DNA of 47,208 nt from Crocinitomicaceae bacterium (GTDB lineage Bacteria; Bacteroidota; Bacteroidia; Flavobacteriales_D; Crocinitomicaceae). The stretch spans positions 1-47,208 of the forward strand of contig JALRIV010000001.1 of NCBI GenBank assembly GCA_023255275.1, written 5' to 3'. The notes under the pieces were generated by a model. It saw only the letters and a list, made by a program, of their open reading frames with translations. It had not been told where the DNA came from and did no database searches. A program made the translations under genes and the position numbers. Shown one piece after another: positions 38,914-47,208 of this stretch; the stretch's first letter is position 1, and each line of letters begins with the position of its first letter.

Positions 38914-40431
38914 ATGTCACCAATAACGTTAATTGCTGTAGCCAGCGTCGTTCTGTTTGTTACCATCTCTGCATTAGTTTCAAGGTATAAAAGATGTCCT
39001 TCAGATAAAATATTAGTCATTTACGGTAGAACCGGTGGAACTTCCGCTCGTTGTGTTCATGGTGGAGGAGCCTTTATTTGGCCCGTGATTCAAGATTATG
39101 CATTTTTAGATTTGAAGCCACTTTCCATTGAAGCGAATTTGGTTAATGCGTTGAGTAGACAAAATATTAGGGTAGATGTACCTTGTCGTTTTACCATTGC
39201 GATTTCTACTGAACCTGAAAGTATGAATACGGCTGCGGAACGTTTATTAGGTTTGTCTTACGAACAAATTCAAGAGTTAGCAAAAGATATTTTATTTGGA
39301 CAGTTGCGTTTGGTCATTGCGACGATGACGATCGAAGAAATTAATTCTGATCGCGATAAATTTTTAGATAATATTTCTAAAAACGTGGACAGTGAATTAA
39401 AAAAAATCGGATTAAAATTAATCAACGTTAACGTTACAGACATCAAAGATGAGTCGGGTTACATCGAGGCTTTAGGGAAAGAGGCAGCTGCAAAAGCAAT
39501 CAATGAAGCTAAAATTAGTGTAGCTGAACAAGAGAAGATTGGGGAGACAGGAAAAGCATTAGCTGACCGTGAAAAAGACACTCAAATTGCGGAAACACAC
39601 CGTGATCGTGATGTTAAGATTGCGATCACTCAAAAAGATAAAGAAATTAGTATTGCTGCAGCCTCAAAAGATGAAGCTATTGGTAAAGCCGAAGCAGAAA
39701 GAGATACCCGTGTTAAAACTTCTGAAGCAAATGCAATTGCCATTCAAGGGGAAAATGAGGCGAGAATTGCGATTGCTAATTCAGAGGCTCTGAGAAGAGA
39801 AAAAGAGGCTGAATCGATGCGTTTAGCCATTACCGCTGAAAAAGTACAACAAGCGAAAGCATTAGAAGAAGCGTATGTAGCTGAACAAAAGGCAGAGTTA
39901 GCACGTTCAGAAAGAGAGCGTTCGACTCAAATTGCCAATATTGTGGTACCTGCTGAAATCGCAAAACAACGCGCTATTATTGACGCACAAGCTGAAGCTG
40001 AACGTATTCGTGAAAATGCAAAAGGGGAGGCTGATGCTATCTTTGCAAAAATGGAAGCAGAAGCAAAAGGTTTATATGAAATTTTAACGAAACAAGCTGA
40101 AGGATATAAAGAAGTTGTGGCTGCTGCTGGTGGTGATCCGACCAATGCTTTCCAATTGTTATTGATTGAAAAACTTCCTGATTTGGTAAGAACTCAGGTG
40201 GAAGCGGTTAAAAATATTAAAATTGATAAAATTACGGTTTGGGATTCGGGGAATCAAAATGACAATGGACAAGGTTCAACTGCAAATTTTGTCTCAGGAA
40301 TGATGAAAACCGTACCCCCTTTAAATGATTTATTTAACATGGCGGGATTAAATCTGCCTAATTATTTAAAAGGTGCCGATCAGAAAGAAGACGATTCGAA
40401 AGAAAAAAATGATAATTTTGAAGAAAAATAA
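38914..40431 (+). CDS. Flotillin-like SPFH/band-7 protein (YqiK type)
   Basis: 505 aa. An N-terminal membrane anchor (ITLIAVASVVLFVTISALV) is followed by an SPFH core and a long A/E/K-rich coiled coil (AEAERDTRVKTSEANAIAIQGENEARIAIANSEALRREKEAE...). Confidence 0.88.
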   Translation: MSPITLIAVASVVLFVTISALVSRYKRCPSDKILVIYGRTGGTSARCVHGGGAFIWPVIQDYAFLDLKPLSIEANLVNALSRQNIRVDVPCRFTIAISTEPESMNTAAERLLGLSYEQIQELAKDILFGQLRLVIATMTIEEINSDRDKFLDNISKNVDSELKKIGLKLINVNVTDIKDESGYIEALGKEAAAKAINEAKISVAEQEKIGETGKALADREKDTQIAETHRDRDVKIAITQKDKEISIAAASKDEAIGKAEAERDTRVKTSEANAIAIQGENEARIAIANSEALRREKEAESMRLAITAEKVQQAKALEEAYVAEQKAELARSERERSTQIANIVVPAEIAKQRAIIDAQAEAERIRENAKGEADAIFAKMEAEAKGLYEILTKQAEGYKEVVAAAGGDPTNAFQLLLIEKLPDLVRTQVEAVKNIKIDKITVWDSGNQNDNGQGSTANFVSGMMKTVPPLNDLFNMAGLNLPNYLKGADQKEDDSKEKNDNFEEK

Positions 40432-40435
40432 ACGA

Positions 40436-40807
40436 ATGAAACGTACTTTTTTCTTTGGAGTGTTCTTTTTACTCTTTTTTTCAACTTCGGTTCATGCACA
40501 ATTGATTGAAGGCGAAGTGTTATCGGATGGTCGAAAATTAACGCATGAGGCTGATTTTATCATTTACGGAAACAAAGCAGGCGAGCTTTTTTATGAACTG
40601 TCTGTAAATCGTGATGGTGTTGTTCTTTCTGAGCGAATGATTCCTGAAAAATGCACGGTAAACTCAACACCTTTAAACGTTTCTGCTAAGAATTACCTCA
40701 AAAAACTAAAATTTACGCCCAAGTCGAATGCAGCAGCAACTTCGAGGGTAGTCGTCAAATTAACGGTAAAAATAAAGATCATTGAAAATAATTGGGACAT
40801 CGATTGA
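40436..40807 (+). CDS. Small exported protein, possibly TonB_C-like fold (uncharacterised)
   Basis: The ORF track start (40373) overlaps the flotillin 3' end. The internal ATG at 40436 gives a clean signal peptide, MKRTFFFGVFFLLFFSTSVHAQ. The mature region is about 100 aa. The pattern GELFYELSVNRDGVVLSERMI...AKNYLKKLKFTPKS...VVVKLTVKIK resembles TonB C-terminal domains (inference). Confidence 0.55.
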   Translation: MKRTFFFGVFFLLFFSTSVHAQLIEGEVLSDGRKLTHEADFIIYGNKAGELFYELSVNRDGVVLSERMIPEKCTVNSTPLNVSAKNYLKKLKFTPKSNAAATSRVVVKLTVKIKIIENNWDID

Positions 40808-40819
40808 TGTCCCTTTTTT
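40794..40819 (+). terminator. Rho-independent terminator closing the NfeD-flotillin-small protein operon
   Basis: GGGACATC (40794-40801), loop GATT, GATGTCCC (40806-40813), then TTTTTT. The hairpin contains the TGA stop (40805-40807). Confidence 0.85.
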
Positions 40820-40881
40820 GATGTTAACAAATTCGTGTAAAAAAGAATAGTGATTCCTAAGAATGACTTGGTCTTTCTTGT

Positions 40882-40889
40882 TAATTTTG
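40882..40889 (+). promoter_or_regulatory. -7 promoter box TAATTTTG, 4 nt upstream of the ATG at 40894
   Basis: Perfect TAnnTTTG, spacer cagc, then ATG. Confidence 0.5.
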
Positions 40890-40893
40890 CAGC

Positions 40894-42054
40894 ATGAGAC
40901 TTTGGTTGTTTGGAATAATTCTGATTTTTTCGCTCTTTTCATGTCGGCGAATCCTACGAAGAGAAACGATTGTCGAGCCAAATTATAAAACCGTTCAATT
41001 TCAATCGTTAACAAAACCGCTTTCCAAAAAATACCGTCGAGAGAAGCAAAAGGTATGTCGTGAATTTGCCAATTCGATCATTCCCGAACATGATTTTAGT
41101 GGTATGTTTTTGGTGGCCAAGGAAAATCAGATTATAACGGAACGATATTCTGGATATGCACATCGAAAAGAAAAAAAGAAAATAGCATTCGATACGCCGA
41201 TTCATGTCGCGTCTATTTCAAAAACAATCACAGCGGTCATGACACTGAAATTAGTTGATGAGGGCTTGCTTGACTTGGATGATTTAATGGTTCAGTACCT
41301 GCCAGAACTTCCTTATCAAGATGTGACGATTCGGATGTTACTAAACCACCGAAGTGGTATACAGTATTACGGTTATTTCTCCTATCATCACAAACGATGG
41401 GATTTTCGTAAACCATTGACAAATAAGGGGATCATTCAGATTTTAGCTAAATATAAGTTAGAGCAAAATTTCAAAACGAATCAACGATTCCAATACTCTA
41501 ACACCAATTACGCCTTATTGGCTAGTATTATTGAGCGGATCAAAAAGAAACCTTTTCATAAGGTGGCTGAGGAGATGATTTTCAAACCCTTGAAAATGAA
41601 TCACTCTTTCATCTTCCAATATCCAAAGCAAGTGGATACGGTTGCACAATCCTACAAAGAGCATTATAAAATTGCCCCCTACGAATATTTGGATGGTGTT
41701 TATGGTGATAAAAATGTGTATACTACCGCAAGGGATTTATTAAAGTTTGACCAAGCTACTTATGACCTCAATTTTTTAAGTTTACCCAGTCGAAAGGAAA
41801 TGTTCACAGGATATAGTTTGGATCGAAGAAATCGACGAGATTACGGCTTAGGTTGGCGTTTAGTGGATTTTGAAACGGGTGAAAAGTATTTTTTTCATAC
41901 GGGCTGGTGGCATGGAAATACGGGATGTTATATCTCACTGCGAAAAGAACGTGTCACGTTAATTTGTTTGTCTAATAAATATTCGAAACGTCCTTTTCAA
42001 TTGGCTAGTTTAATTCCTTATTTTGAACCAATGCCGATTGATAAGATTTGGTAA
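40894..42054 (+). CDS. Serine hydrolase of the beta-lactamase/PBP4* (class C-like) family, lipoprotein
   Basis: 386 aa with lipobox LFSC. The motifs are SxxK (ASISKT), YxN (YSNTNY) and an HTG triad region (FHTGWWHG). Confidence 0.82.
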   Translation: MRLWLFGIILIFSLFSCRRILRRETIVEPNYKTVQFQSLTKPLSKKYRREKQKVCREFANSIIPEHDFSGMFLVAKENQIITERYSGYAHRKEKKKIAFDTPIHVASISKTITAVMTLKLVDEGLLDLDDLMVQYLPELPYQDVTIRMLLNHRSGIQYYGYFSYHHKRWDFRKPLTNKGIIQILAKYKLEQNFKTNQRFQYSNTNYALLASIIERIKKKPFHKVAEEMIFKPLKMNHSFIFQYPKQVDTVAQSYKEHYKIAPYEYLDGVYGDKNVYTTARDLLKFDQATYDLNFLSLPSRKEMFTGYSLDRRNRRDYGLGWRLVDFETGEKYFFHTGWWHGNTGCYISLRKERVTLICLSNKYSKRPFQLASLIPYFEPMPIDKIW

Positions 42055-42101
42055 AACATAGATAGGGTAGCATTTCTAACTCCTGTTCTTTAAAAAATCC
42101 C

Positions 42102-42109
42102 TATTTTTG
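42102..42109 (+). promoter_or_regulatory. -7 promoter box TATTTTTG upstream of the SulP-ClC-CPA string
   Basis: Perfect TAnnTTTG, 22 nt upstream of the ATG at 42132. Confidence 0.45.
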
Positions 42110-42131
42110 CCATTCATAAAATAACAATCAG

Positions 42132-43664
42132 ATGTCCATGAACCTCAAAATATTCGATTTTACCCAAAAAGTAAATTACAAAACGGAGATTTTGGCTGGA
42201 TTTACGGTGGCGATGACAATGATTCCTGAATCCTTATCCTTTGCAATTTTAGCAGGTTTTTCACCTCTTGTTGGACTTTACGGGGCTTTTATCATGGGGT
42301 TGGTAACCTCCATTTTTGGGGGACGTCCGGGCTTGATTTCAGGTGGGGCAGGAGCAACGGTTATTGTATTGATTGCCTTGATGAAGATGCACGGGATGGA
42401 ATATGTTTTTGCAGCCATAGTTTTAGCGGGCATTTTCCAGTTATTAATTGGTTTATTTAAATTTGGGAAATTTATTCGATTAGTTCCTCAATCGGTTATG
42501 TTTGGTTTTGTGAATGGATTAGCGATTATTATTTTTACTTCGCAATTTGAACAGTTCAAAACTACAGTAAATGGACAAAGTGATTGGCTTTCAGGTACAT
42601 CGTTATATTGGATGATTGGACTTGTGGGGTTGACTATATTCTTGGTGAAGTTCATTCCTAAACTAACAAAAGCAATTCCTGCTTCTTTGGCAGCCATATT
42701 GATCGTATTTATTTTGGTGTACGCCTTTCAGATTGATACGAAACAAGTAAAAGATATTGCATCCATCAGTGGTGGTTTGCCGATGTTCCATATTCCTGAT
42801 ATCCCACTAACTTGGGAAACGCTAAAAATCATTGCACCTTTTGCACTTGTTATGGCGTCAGTCGGATTGATCGAAGGATTGTTGACGTTGAATTTGGTGG
42901 ATGAAATGACGCAAACAAAAGGGAATAGTAATCGTGAGTGCCTTGCACAAGGGTCAGCTAATATGTTAAATGGCTTCTTTGGGGGAATGGGAGGTTGTCC
43001 AATGATCGCACAAACCTTGGTTAATCTGTCTGCAGGGTCTCGCGCTCGATTATCCGGCATCATTGCCTCGTTAACCATTTTAACGATCATTTTGGTGGGC
43101 GCCCCTGTAATCGAATTGGTGCCTATGGCTGCTTTAACCGGGGTGATGATCATGGTTGCATTAGGAACCTTTGAATGGGCAAGTTTAAAAACCTTCAATA
43201 AAATGCCTAAATCGGATATCTTTGTCATGATAGTGGTTACTTTTATCACAGTATATCTCCATAACCTTGCCTTGGCAGTATTCATTGGGGTGATTATTGC
43301 GGCTTTGGTTTTTGCTTGGGATAATGCGAAACGAATCAGAGCGAGAAAATTTATTGATCAAGATGGGGTGAAACACTATGAGATTTATGGTCCGCTATTT
43401 TTTGGTTCTGTAGAAGTGTTTCAAGAAAAATTTGATTTAAACAATGATCCACAACATGTGATTATTGACTTTAAAGAAAGTCGTGTGGCAGATATGTCAG
43501 CGATTGATGCATTGAACAAACTGACGGAAAGGTATCAAAAGCTTGGTAAAACCGTAACCTTGAGGCACCTGAGCAACGATTGTAAAAACTTATTAAACAA
43601 TGCGGCATCCATTATTGATGTCAATGTCGATGAAGATCCGTTATACCAAGTGGCTGTCGAATAA
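42132..43664 (+). CDS. SulP-family anion transporter with C-terminal STAS domain
   Basis: 510 aa and polytopic. The N-terminal region AGFTVAMTMIPESLSFAILAG is typical of SulP. The C-terminal soluble region (HYEIYGPLFFGSV...VIIDFKESRVADMSAIDAL) is STAS-like. Confidence 0.88.
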   Translation: MSMNLKIFDFTQKVNYKTEILAGFTVAMTMIPESLSFAILAGFSPLVGLYGAFIMGLVTSIFGGRPGLISGGAGATVIVLIALMKMHGMEYVFAAIVLAGIFQLLIGLFKFGKFIRLVPQSVMFGFVNGLAIIIFTSQFEQFKTTVNGQSDWLSGTSLYWMIGLVGLTIFLVKFIPKLTKAIPASLAAILIVFILVYAFQIDTKQVKDIASISGGLPMFHIPDIPLTWETLKIIAPFALVMASVGLIEGLLTLNLVDEMTQTKGNSNRECLAQGSANMLNGFFGGMGGCPMIAQTLVNLSAGSRARLSGIIASLTILTIILVGAPVIELVPMAALTGVMIMVALGTFEWASLKTFNKMPKSDIFVMIVVTFITVYLHNLALAVFIGVIIAALVFAWDNAKRIRARKFIDQDGVKHYEIYGPLFFGSVEVFQEKFDLNNDPQHVIIDFKESRVADMSAIDALNKLTERYQKLGKTVTLRHLSNDCKNLLNNAASIIDVNVDEDPLYQVAVE

Positions 43665-43676
43665 GGAAAAGTTAAA

Positions 43677-45464
43677 ATGAAATTGTATCGCATCACATAC
43701 AACCGAATAAAAACTACGATTGATTGGCTTAAATTAAAGCTAACAAAAAAACAATTCATTTTATTCTCAAGTGTACTTGTGGGCTTAACAGCAGGGCTAT
43801 CAGCAATTGCTTTGAAATTATTTGTGCATTTTATATTTTATGTCGCCACTTACGAAAAACTGAGTAATTTCAAGTATTTCTACCTCTTTCTTCCAATTAT
43901 TGGTATTGCACTTACGGTGCTTGTGGTGAAGAAAATCTTGAACAATAATTTAGAACGTGGATTATCGCAGGTTCATGTTTCCATTGCTAAGCGGTCAAGT
44001 TTTATGAAGCGACATAAAATGTACGACCAAGTAATCACCAGTTCCTTGACTGTCGGTATGGGAGGGTCAGTAGGATTGGAGGCGCCAATTGTGGTGACGG
44101 GTGCGGCGCTAGGATCGAATTATGCAAAAACGTATAAATTAAATTACAAGGAACGCACCCTGATATTAGCTTGTGGAATTTCAGCAGGAATTGGAGCAGC
44201 CTTTAATGCACCTATTGCAGGTGTGTTGTTTGCTCTAGAAGTATTATTGCTCGATATCAGTATTAGTGCGTTTACACCTTTAATTATTGCTGCTGCTACA
44301 GGAGCGCTAATTTCAAAAGTGATTTTACATGAGAACATCCTTCTTTCCTTTGAATTAAAAGATGTCTTTAACTATTTCAACGTTCCTTTTTATATTTTAC
44401 TCGGGGTTTTATGTGGGTTCGTTTCTGTGTATCATTCAAGAATGTTCACGCATATTGAAGGTTTATTTCACAAACGTCCAGGAAGAGAGTATCAAAAGGT
44501 GATGGTTGGTGGGATTTTATTAGCAACCTTGATTGCGTTGTTTCCATCCTTATTTGGAGAGGGATACCAATCAATTAAGGAATTAGCATCACAAGAACCG
44601 GTGCAGATCATGAGTAATTCCATAGTAGAATCTTTCGTGAAAAATGAATGGGTGATTCTTTTGGTTATAGGTCTTTTGGTGTTATTAAAATCGATTGCTA
44701 CAGGATTAACTCTAGGGGCTGGAGGAAATGGGGGGAATTTTGCGCCTAGTCTTTTTGTTGGTGCATATCTAGGATTTTTCTTTTCACGTTTAGTTAATTT
44801 ATTGAAGATTAATGAGTTGCCCGAAAACAACTTTACGATAGTAGGAATGGCAGGTATCTTGAGTGGGCTGTATCATGCACCCCTAACCGCTATTTTCTTG
44901 ATTGCTGAAATTACAGGTGGATACACGCTCATGATTCCTTTAATGATTGTTTCCTCCATCAGTTTCGCCATTTCAAGGTATTTTGAACCTTTTTCTATGG
45001 ATACTAAGAAAATCGCTAAATCAGGAGATGTGTTTACGCAGGATCGAGATCGAAATTTATTAAACACCATTCAAACCGCTGAGTTTATTGAAAATGATTA
45101 CCCCACGTTAAGTCAAAACGACACACTTGGTAAATTAGCAGCTATAGTTGCCAATTCAAAAAGAAATGTTTTTCCTGTAGTGGATGAAGAACATAATTTT
45201 TATGGCATTGTGATCTTAGATGACATTCGTGAAATCATGTTTAAAAGAGATTTTTACGATAAAATCACGGTGAATGAATTATTAATTGTACCTTCAGATG
45301 TAGTTTCTAGTAAACAGTCAATGCTTGAAGTAATGAAAAAATTTGATGATTCTGGCACTTGGTTCCTACCTGTTGTTGATGCAGGGGTATATGTAGGATT
45401 TATCTCAAAATCTAACGTGTTTTCTGGATACCGAAATCGATTAAAAGTAACTACTATAGAATAA
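43677..45464 (+). CDS. ClC-family chloride channel / Cl-/H+ antiporter with C-terminal CBS pair
   Basis: 595 aa. Selectivity-filter-like motifs are GGSVGLEAP (including the gating Glu) and GGNFAPS. The C-terminal tandem CBS-like region reads VFPVVDEEHNFYGIVILDDI / WFLPVVDAGVYVGFISKSNV. Confidence 0.88.
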   Translation: MKLYRITYNRIKTTIDWLKLKLTKKQFILFSSVLVGLTAGLSAIALKLFVHFIFYVATYEKLSNFKYFYLFLPIIGIALTVLVVKKILNNNLERGLSQVHVSIAKRSSFMKRHKMYDQVITSSLTVGMGGSVGLEAPIVVTGAALGSNYAKTYKLNYKERTLILACGISAGIGAAFNAPIAGVLFALEVLLLDISISAFTPLIIAAATGALISKVILHENILLSFELKDVFNYFNVPFYILLGVLCGFVSVYHSRMFTHIEGLFHKRPGREYQKVMVGGILLATLIALFPSLFGEGYQSIKELASQEPVQIMSNSIVESFVKNEWVILLVIGLLVLLKSIATGLTLGAGGNGGNFAPSLFVGAYLGFFFSRLVNLLKINELPENNFTIVGMAGILSGLYHAPLTAIFLIAEITGGYTLMIPLMIVSSISFAISRYFEPFSMDTKKIAKSGDVFTQDRDRNLLNTIQTAEFIENDYPTLSQNDTLGKLAAIVANSKRNVFPVVDEEHNFYGIVILDDIREIMFKRDFYDKITVNELLIVPSDVVSSKQSMLEVMKKFDDSGTWFLPVVDAGVYVGFISKSNVFSGYRNRLKVTTIE

Positions 45465-45478
45465 TAAAAATACCAGCC

Positions 45479-46654
45479 ATGTTCACTGCCCAAGTTATAA
45501 TTGTTGTTTGCCTATTACTCATTGTTGCCTATGTTTTTGATTTAACATCGCACAAGACTAAAATTCCTTCCGTTATTTTATTAATGGCTTTAGGATATGC
45601 AGTTAAGGAATTGGCCTATCTTTTTAACATTCATATTCCTGACTTAAACCCCATATTACCTTTTCTAGGAACCATCGGTTTGATCTTAATCGTTTTAGAA
45701 GGGTCTTTGGAGATTGAATTGACACATAACGCACTTCCGATTATCAAAAAATCGATGTGGATGGCATTTGTTCCTATGTTTATTGTGGCCTTCGGAATCG
45801 GTAGTGCCTTTCATTATTTTACAGGTGCGGATTTTATGAAAAGTTTGATTAATGCCGTACCGTTTTGCATCATTAGTTCTGCTATTGCTATTCCGAGTGT
45901 CAACAATTGGTCAAAAAGAGACAAATCGTTTGTGATTTATGAAAGCAGTTTGTCTGACATTTTAGGGGTTATTTTATTTAATTTCATTGCCCTGAACACC
46001 ACCTTTACCGCTCAAACCTATATTCAGTTTGTTCTAGAAATCCTTCTGATTTTAGTAATTTCATTTGTTGCTACCATCGCACTTTCTTTTGTATTGAGTA
46101 GGCTTCAACACCGTATAAAATTCGGGCCTATTTTGATTTTTGTTGTGTTAATCTACGAAATATCTAAATATTATCATTTACCAGCATTGGTTTTTATTAT
46201 GATTTTCGGTTTGGTCATCGGGAACATCAACAAGATCAAAGAAAACAAATACTTGGCTTATTTTAAACCAGAAAAATTAAAAACAGAAGTAAATACCTTC
46301 AAAGAGATTGTGGTGGAAGCAACTTTTTTAATACGAACTTTATTTTTCCTTTTATTTGGATTTTTAATCGAATTGAATGAAGTCTTTAATTACCACACGA
46401 TTTTCTGGTCAACCAGTATCGTTTTGGGGATTTTATTGGTTCGCGTAATTGTTTTGTCCTTCTTGAAATTAAGCATCGGGAAATTTATGTTTATTGCCCC
46501 GCGTGGATTGATTACCATCTTACTATTTTTATCAATCGACCCTTCAAATCGAATCCCTCTTGTTAATAATTCAATGGTAATTCAAGTCATTTTAATTTCA
46601 GTGCTTCTCATGATGTTAGGAGTGATGTTTACCAAATCAAACCAAGAAGATTAA
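45479..46654 (+). CDS. Cation:proton antiporter (Na+/H+ exchanger, CPA family)
   Basis: 391 aa with about 11-12 TM helices. The overall pattern matches the Na_H_Exchanger family. The start is 14 nt after ClC. Confidence 0.75.
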   Translation: MFTAQVIIVVCLLLIVAYVFDLTSHKTKIPSVILLMALGYAVKELAYLFNIHIPDLNPILPFLGTIGLILIVLEGSLEIELTHNALPIIKKSMWMAFVPMFIVAFGIGSAFHYFTGADFMKSLINAVPFCIISSAIAIPSVNNWSKRDKSFVIYESSLSDILGVILFNFIALNTTFTAQTYIQFVLEILLILVISFVATIALSFVLSRLQHRIKFGPILIFVVLIYEISKYYHLPALVFIMIFGLVIGNINKIKENKYLAYFKPEKLKTEVNTFKEIVVEATFLIRTLFFLLFGFLIELNEVFNYHTIFWSTSIVLGILLVRVIVLSFLKLSIGKFMFIAPRGLITILLFLSIDPSNRIPLVNNSMVIQVILISVLLMMLGVMFTKSNQED

Positions 46655-47208
46655 TGCTTTTCAATCGCTTTATTGAGTTGTTCTTCTAACGTTTCTTTCG
46701 ATTGCATTCCATTGTCTTTCCAAAGCACCTTTCCTTCTTGAAACAACATGAAAACAGGAACTCCTTGCACTTGGTATTGCTTTGCAAGGGCTTTGCTTTT
46801 ATCTACATCAATTCTAAGAACAATTGCCTTACCTGCATAAGCTTTTTCTAAATCATCGATAATTGGAGCCATTTTTTTACATGGCGCACACCAAATCGTA
46901 TGAAAATCAACAAGAACGGGTTGCTGGGTACTGATTAATTTATGAAAGTCTTCAACAGACATCTCTTGTATGTGCTCATCTGTTGCTTGAGTTGGCTTGG
47001 TTATTGGGTAATTCATATTTTCCCATGCCATAATTCCACCAGATAAGTTATAGATGGTTTTAAAACCGTTATCAGCGAGTATGGTTGCTGCCTGCGAACT
47101 TCTTCCCCCACCTTTACAATACACATAAATTTCTTTGGATTTATCCATTAAATTGATCTTTTTTAAGAATTCAGCATCGTAAAAATCGATCACACTTGCA
47201 TTGGGTAT
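46651..47208 (-). CDS. Rhodanese-thioredoxin fusion protein, partial (N-terminus beyond window end)
   Basis: The minus-strand frame stays open to the window edge (..IPNASVIDFYD..), so the GTG in the ORF track is probably internal. The rhodanese active-site loop is YCKGGGRS. After a linker comes a thioredoxin domain with WCAPCK and the typical VPVFMLFQEGK. Confidence 0.8.
   Translation of the reverse strand: MPNASVIDFYDAEFLKKINLMDKSKEIYVYCKGGGRSSQAATILADNGFKTIYNLSGGIMAWENMNYPITKPTQATDEHIQEMSVEDFHKLISTQQPVLVDFHTIWCAPCKKMAPIIDDLEKAYAGKAIVLRIDVDKSKALAKQYQVQGVPVFMLFQEGKVLWKDNGMQSKETLEEQLNKAIEKH

Noticed and set aside
39569-39793. 74-aa alternative-frame ORF within the flotillin coiled-coil region
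   Set aside because: It is a product of the repetitive GCN/GAA/AAA codon composition of the A/E/K-rich coiled coil. The translation is K/L low complexity.
38342-40431. NfeD + flotillin considered as a novel or defence-type system
   Set aside because: The NfeD-SPFH gene pair is a long-established and widespread module. Only the appended third gene is reported as a finding.
40373-40435. Upstream extension of the small exported protein ORF (MPIRKKTIRKKKMIILKKNKR)
   Set aside because: It overlaps the flotillin 3' end in another frame and is lysine-rich because of the A-rich sequence. The ATG at 40436 yields a canonical signal peptide.
42728-43285. 185-aa minus-strand ORF inside the SulP gene
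   Set aside because: It lies entirely antisense to a well-supported transporter gene. This is a typical shadow ORF of a hydrophobic-codon-rich gene, with no promoter box or independent motif.
1-47208. Looked for CRISPR arrays, tRNA/rRNA genes, IS elements, integrases, phage genes, known defence or toxin-antitoxin genes, and long direct or inverted repeats
   Set aside because: No regularly spaced repeats were found. No GC-rich structured segment is long enough for a tRNA or rRNA. No transposase- or integrase-like ORF is present. Every intergenic gap is 208 bp or shorter and AT-rich. The window looks like core chromosome, not an accessory island.

Overview
This is a low-GC, very gene-dense chromosomal segment that reads as core genome of a Bacteroidota organism, most likely Flavobacteriia. 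Supporting evidence: a type III glutamine synthetase, a T9SS C-terminal sorting domain on a secreted peptidase, a CarboxypepD_reg-type TonB-dependent receptor, TAnnTTTG -7 promoter boxes and no Shine-Dalgarno signals. I call 39 protein-coding genes, two of them cut by the window edges. They are mostly housekeeping (gyrA, clpC-type ATPase, GS-III, recF, ribH, glmM, pdxH, mazG), envelope or proteolysis functions (three M16 peptidases, an M1 aminopeptidase, a TBDR, OmpA-like, PagL-like), and ion transport (SulP, ClC, CPA). Intergenic space is minimal, and three convergent gene pairs overlap at their stop codons. I see no rRNA, tRNA, CRISPR array, transposase, integrase, phage gene or recognisable defence or toxin gene. 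I could not find a convincing, self-contained novel system, and nothing here looks like an accessory island. The observations most worth following up are listed here. (1) A recurrent TAnnTTTG-N4-start-codon geometry implies leaderless mRNAs. (2) A DUF4301 protein carries UDP-glucose-pyrophosphorylase-like signature motifs and sits between glmM and a SAM methyltransferase. (3) A minus-strand gene string places an arginine decarboxylase between gamma- and beta-class carbonic anhydrase genes and ends in a translationally coupled DUF255 / YD-repeat-like pair. (4) A three-gene NfeD-flotillin-small exported protein operon. (5) Several uncharacterised repeat proteins. All functional calls come from motif recognition by eye, not from database searches.
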